Shown here: positions 63,597-64,000 of the stretch, piece by piece
Position numbering within the stretch: position 1 is the first letter of the stretch
Layout of the letters: the number at the start of each line of letters is the position of its first letter
DNA from: an uncultured Pelagibacteraceae bacterium
GTDB lineage: Bacteria > Pseudomonadota > Alphaproteobacteria > Pelagibacterales > Pelagibacteraceae
DNA length: 64,000 bases
Assembly: GCA_902597515.1 (NCBI GenBank)
Contig: CACJYB010000002.1
Location: 5,065-69,064, forward strand
Reading direction: 5' to 3'
Translations under genes and position numbers: made by a program
The notes under the pieces: model-generated
Database searches by the model: none
Told to the model about the DNA's origin: nothing
Seen by the model: only the letters and a program-made list of their open reading frames with translations

Positions 63597-64000
63597 ATGA
63601 AAAATATTTGTGACTGGAATAATTGTAATGAAATAGGTGAATATAAGGCACCAGTTGAAAAAGATAATAGCAGAAAATTTAGAATGCTTTGCCTTGAGCA
63701 TGTAAAAGAATTTAATAAAAATTGGAACTATTTTTCAGGAATGAATGATGACCAAGTAATGGATTTTTTAAAATCTGACATGACTTGGCACAAACCTACG
63801 CAAAGCTTTAGCTCTTCAGATAATTTTTTCAAAGTGTTATGGAATACAACTTTGAGAGATGAGTTAGATAAAGAAAAAATAAATGGAGATTATAATCATA
63901 TGCGTCAATTTAAATTTGATCATAAAGATATAAAAGCTTTTGGAATATTGGGGGTTTCTGTGGGTTTAAAGTGGAAGAAAATACAAGATAAATTCAAATT
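63597..64000 (+). CDS. Alphaproteobacterial J-domain (DnaJ-class) protein, runs off window; not in ORF track
   Basis: MKNICDWNNC...YKAP...CLEHVKEFNKNWNYFSGM...TWHKPT, the N-terminus typical of the gene between bolA and cobS. Confidence 0.75.
   Translation, partial: MKNICDWNNCNEIGEYKAPVEKDNSRKFRMLCLEHVKEFNKNWNYFSGMNDDQVMDFLKSDMTWHKPTQSFSSSDNFFKVLWNTTLRDELDKEKINGDYNHMRQFKFDHKDIKAFGILGVSVGLKWKKIQDKFK

Overview
AT-rich (roughly 30% GC by eye), gene-dense bacterial chromosome segment. Gene content and order point to a Pelagibacterales (SAR11) alphaproteobacterium (inference). It is almost all core housekeeping: dut, coaBC, ubiB/ubiE, mutM, rpsT, dnaA/dnaN, lysA/argH, coq7, fdxA/carD, aceE/aceF, gltD/gltB, thrS-infC-rpmI-rplT-pheS-pheT-lepA, gyrB, regB, cobT/cobS, bolA and three tRNAs (Leu-CAA, Arg-ACG, Ser-GGA). 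No CRISPR array, prophage or IS element is visible. The best candidate for an undescribed system is a stand-alone gene missed by the ORF track (20157-20249). It encodes a 30-aa protein with 22 K/R residues (H1/protamine-like) and has its own TTGACA promoter, a leader palindrome made of two GcrA/CcrM-type TGATTCG sites, a strong RBS and a bidirectional terminator. It converges on a CarD that itself carries a lysine-rich H1-like N-terminal arm and an acidic tail. Other points of note: a microhomology inversion junction near 62.7 kb that truncates both cobS and aroB (rearrangement or amplification/assembly chimera); ultra-compact bidirectional leaderless promoters; a lipoyl domain fused to PDH E1; RegB lacking the H+1 acidic residue; a short GyrB with an NG-repeat insertion; a tRNA-Arg with A53-U61; and two more small genes missed or mis-started by the ORF track.
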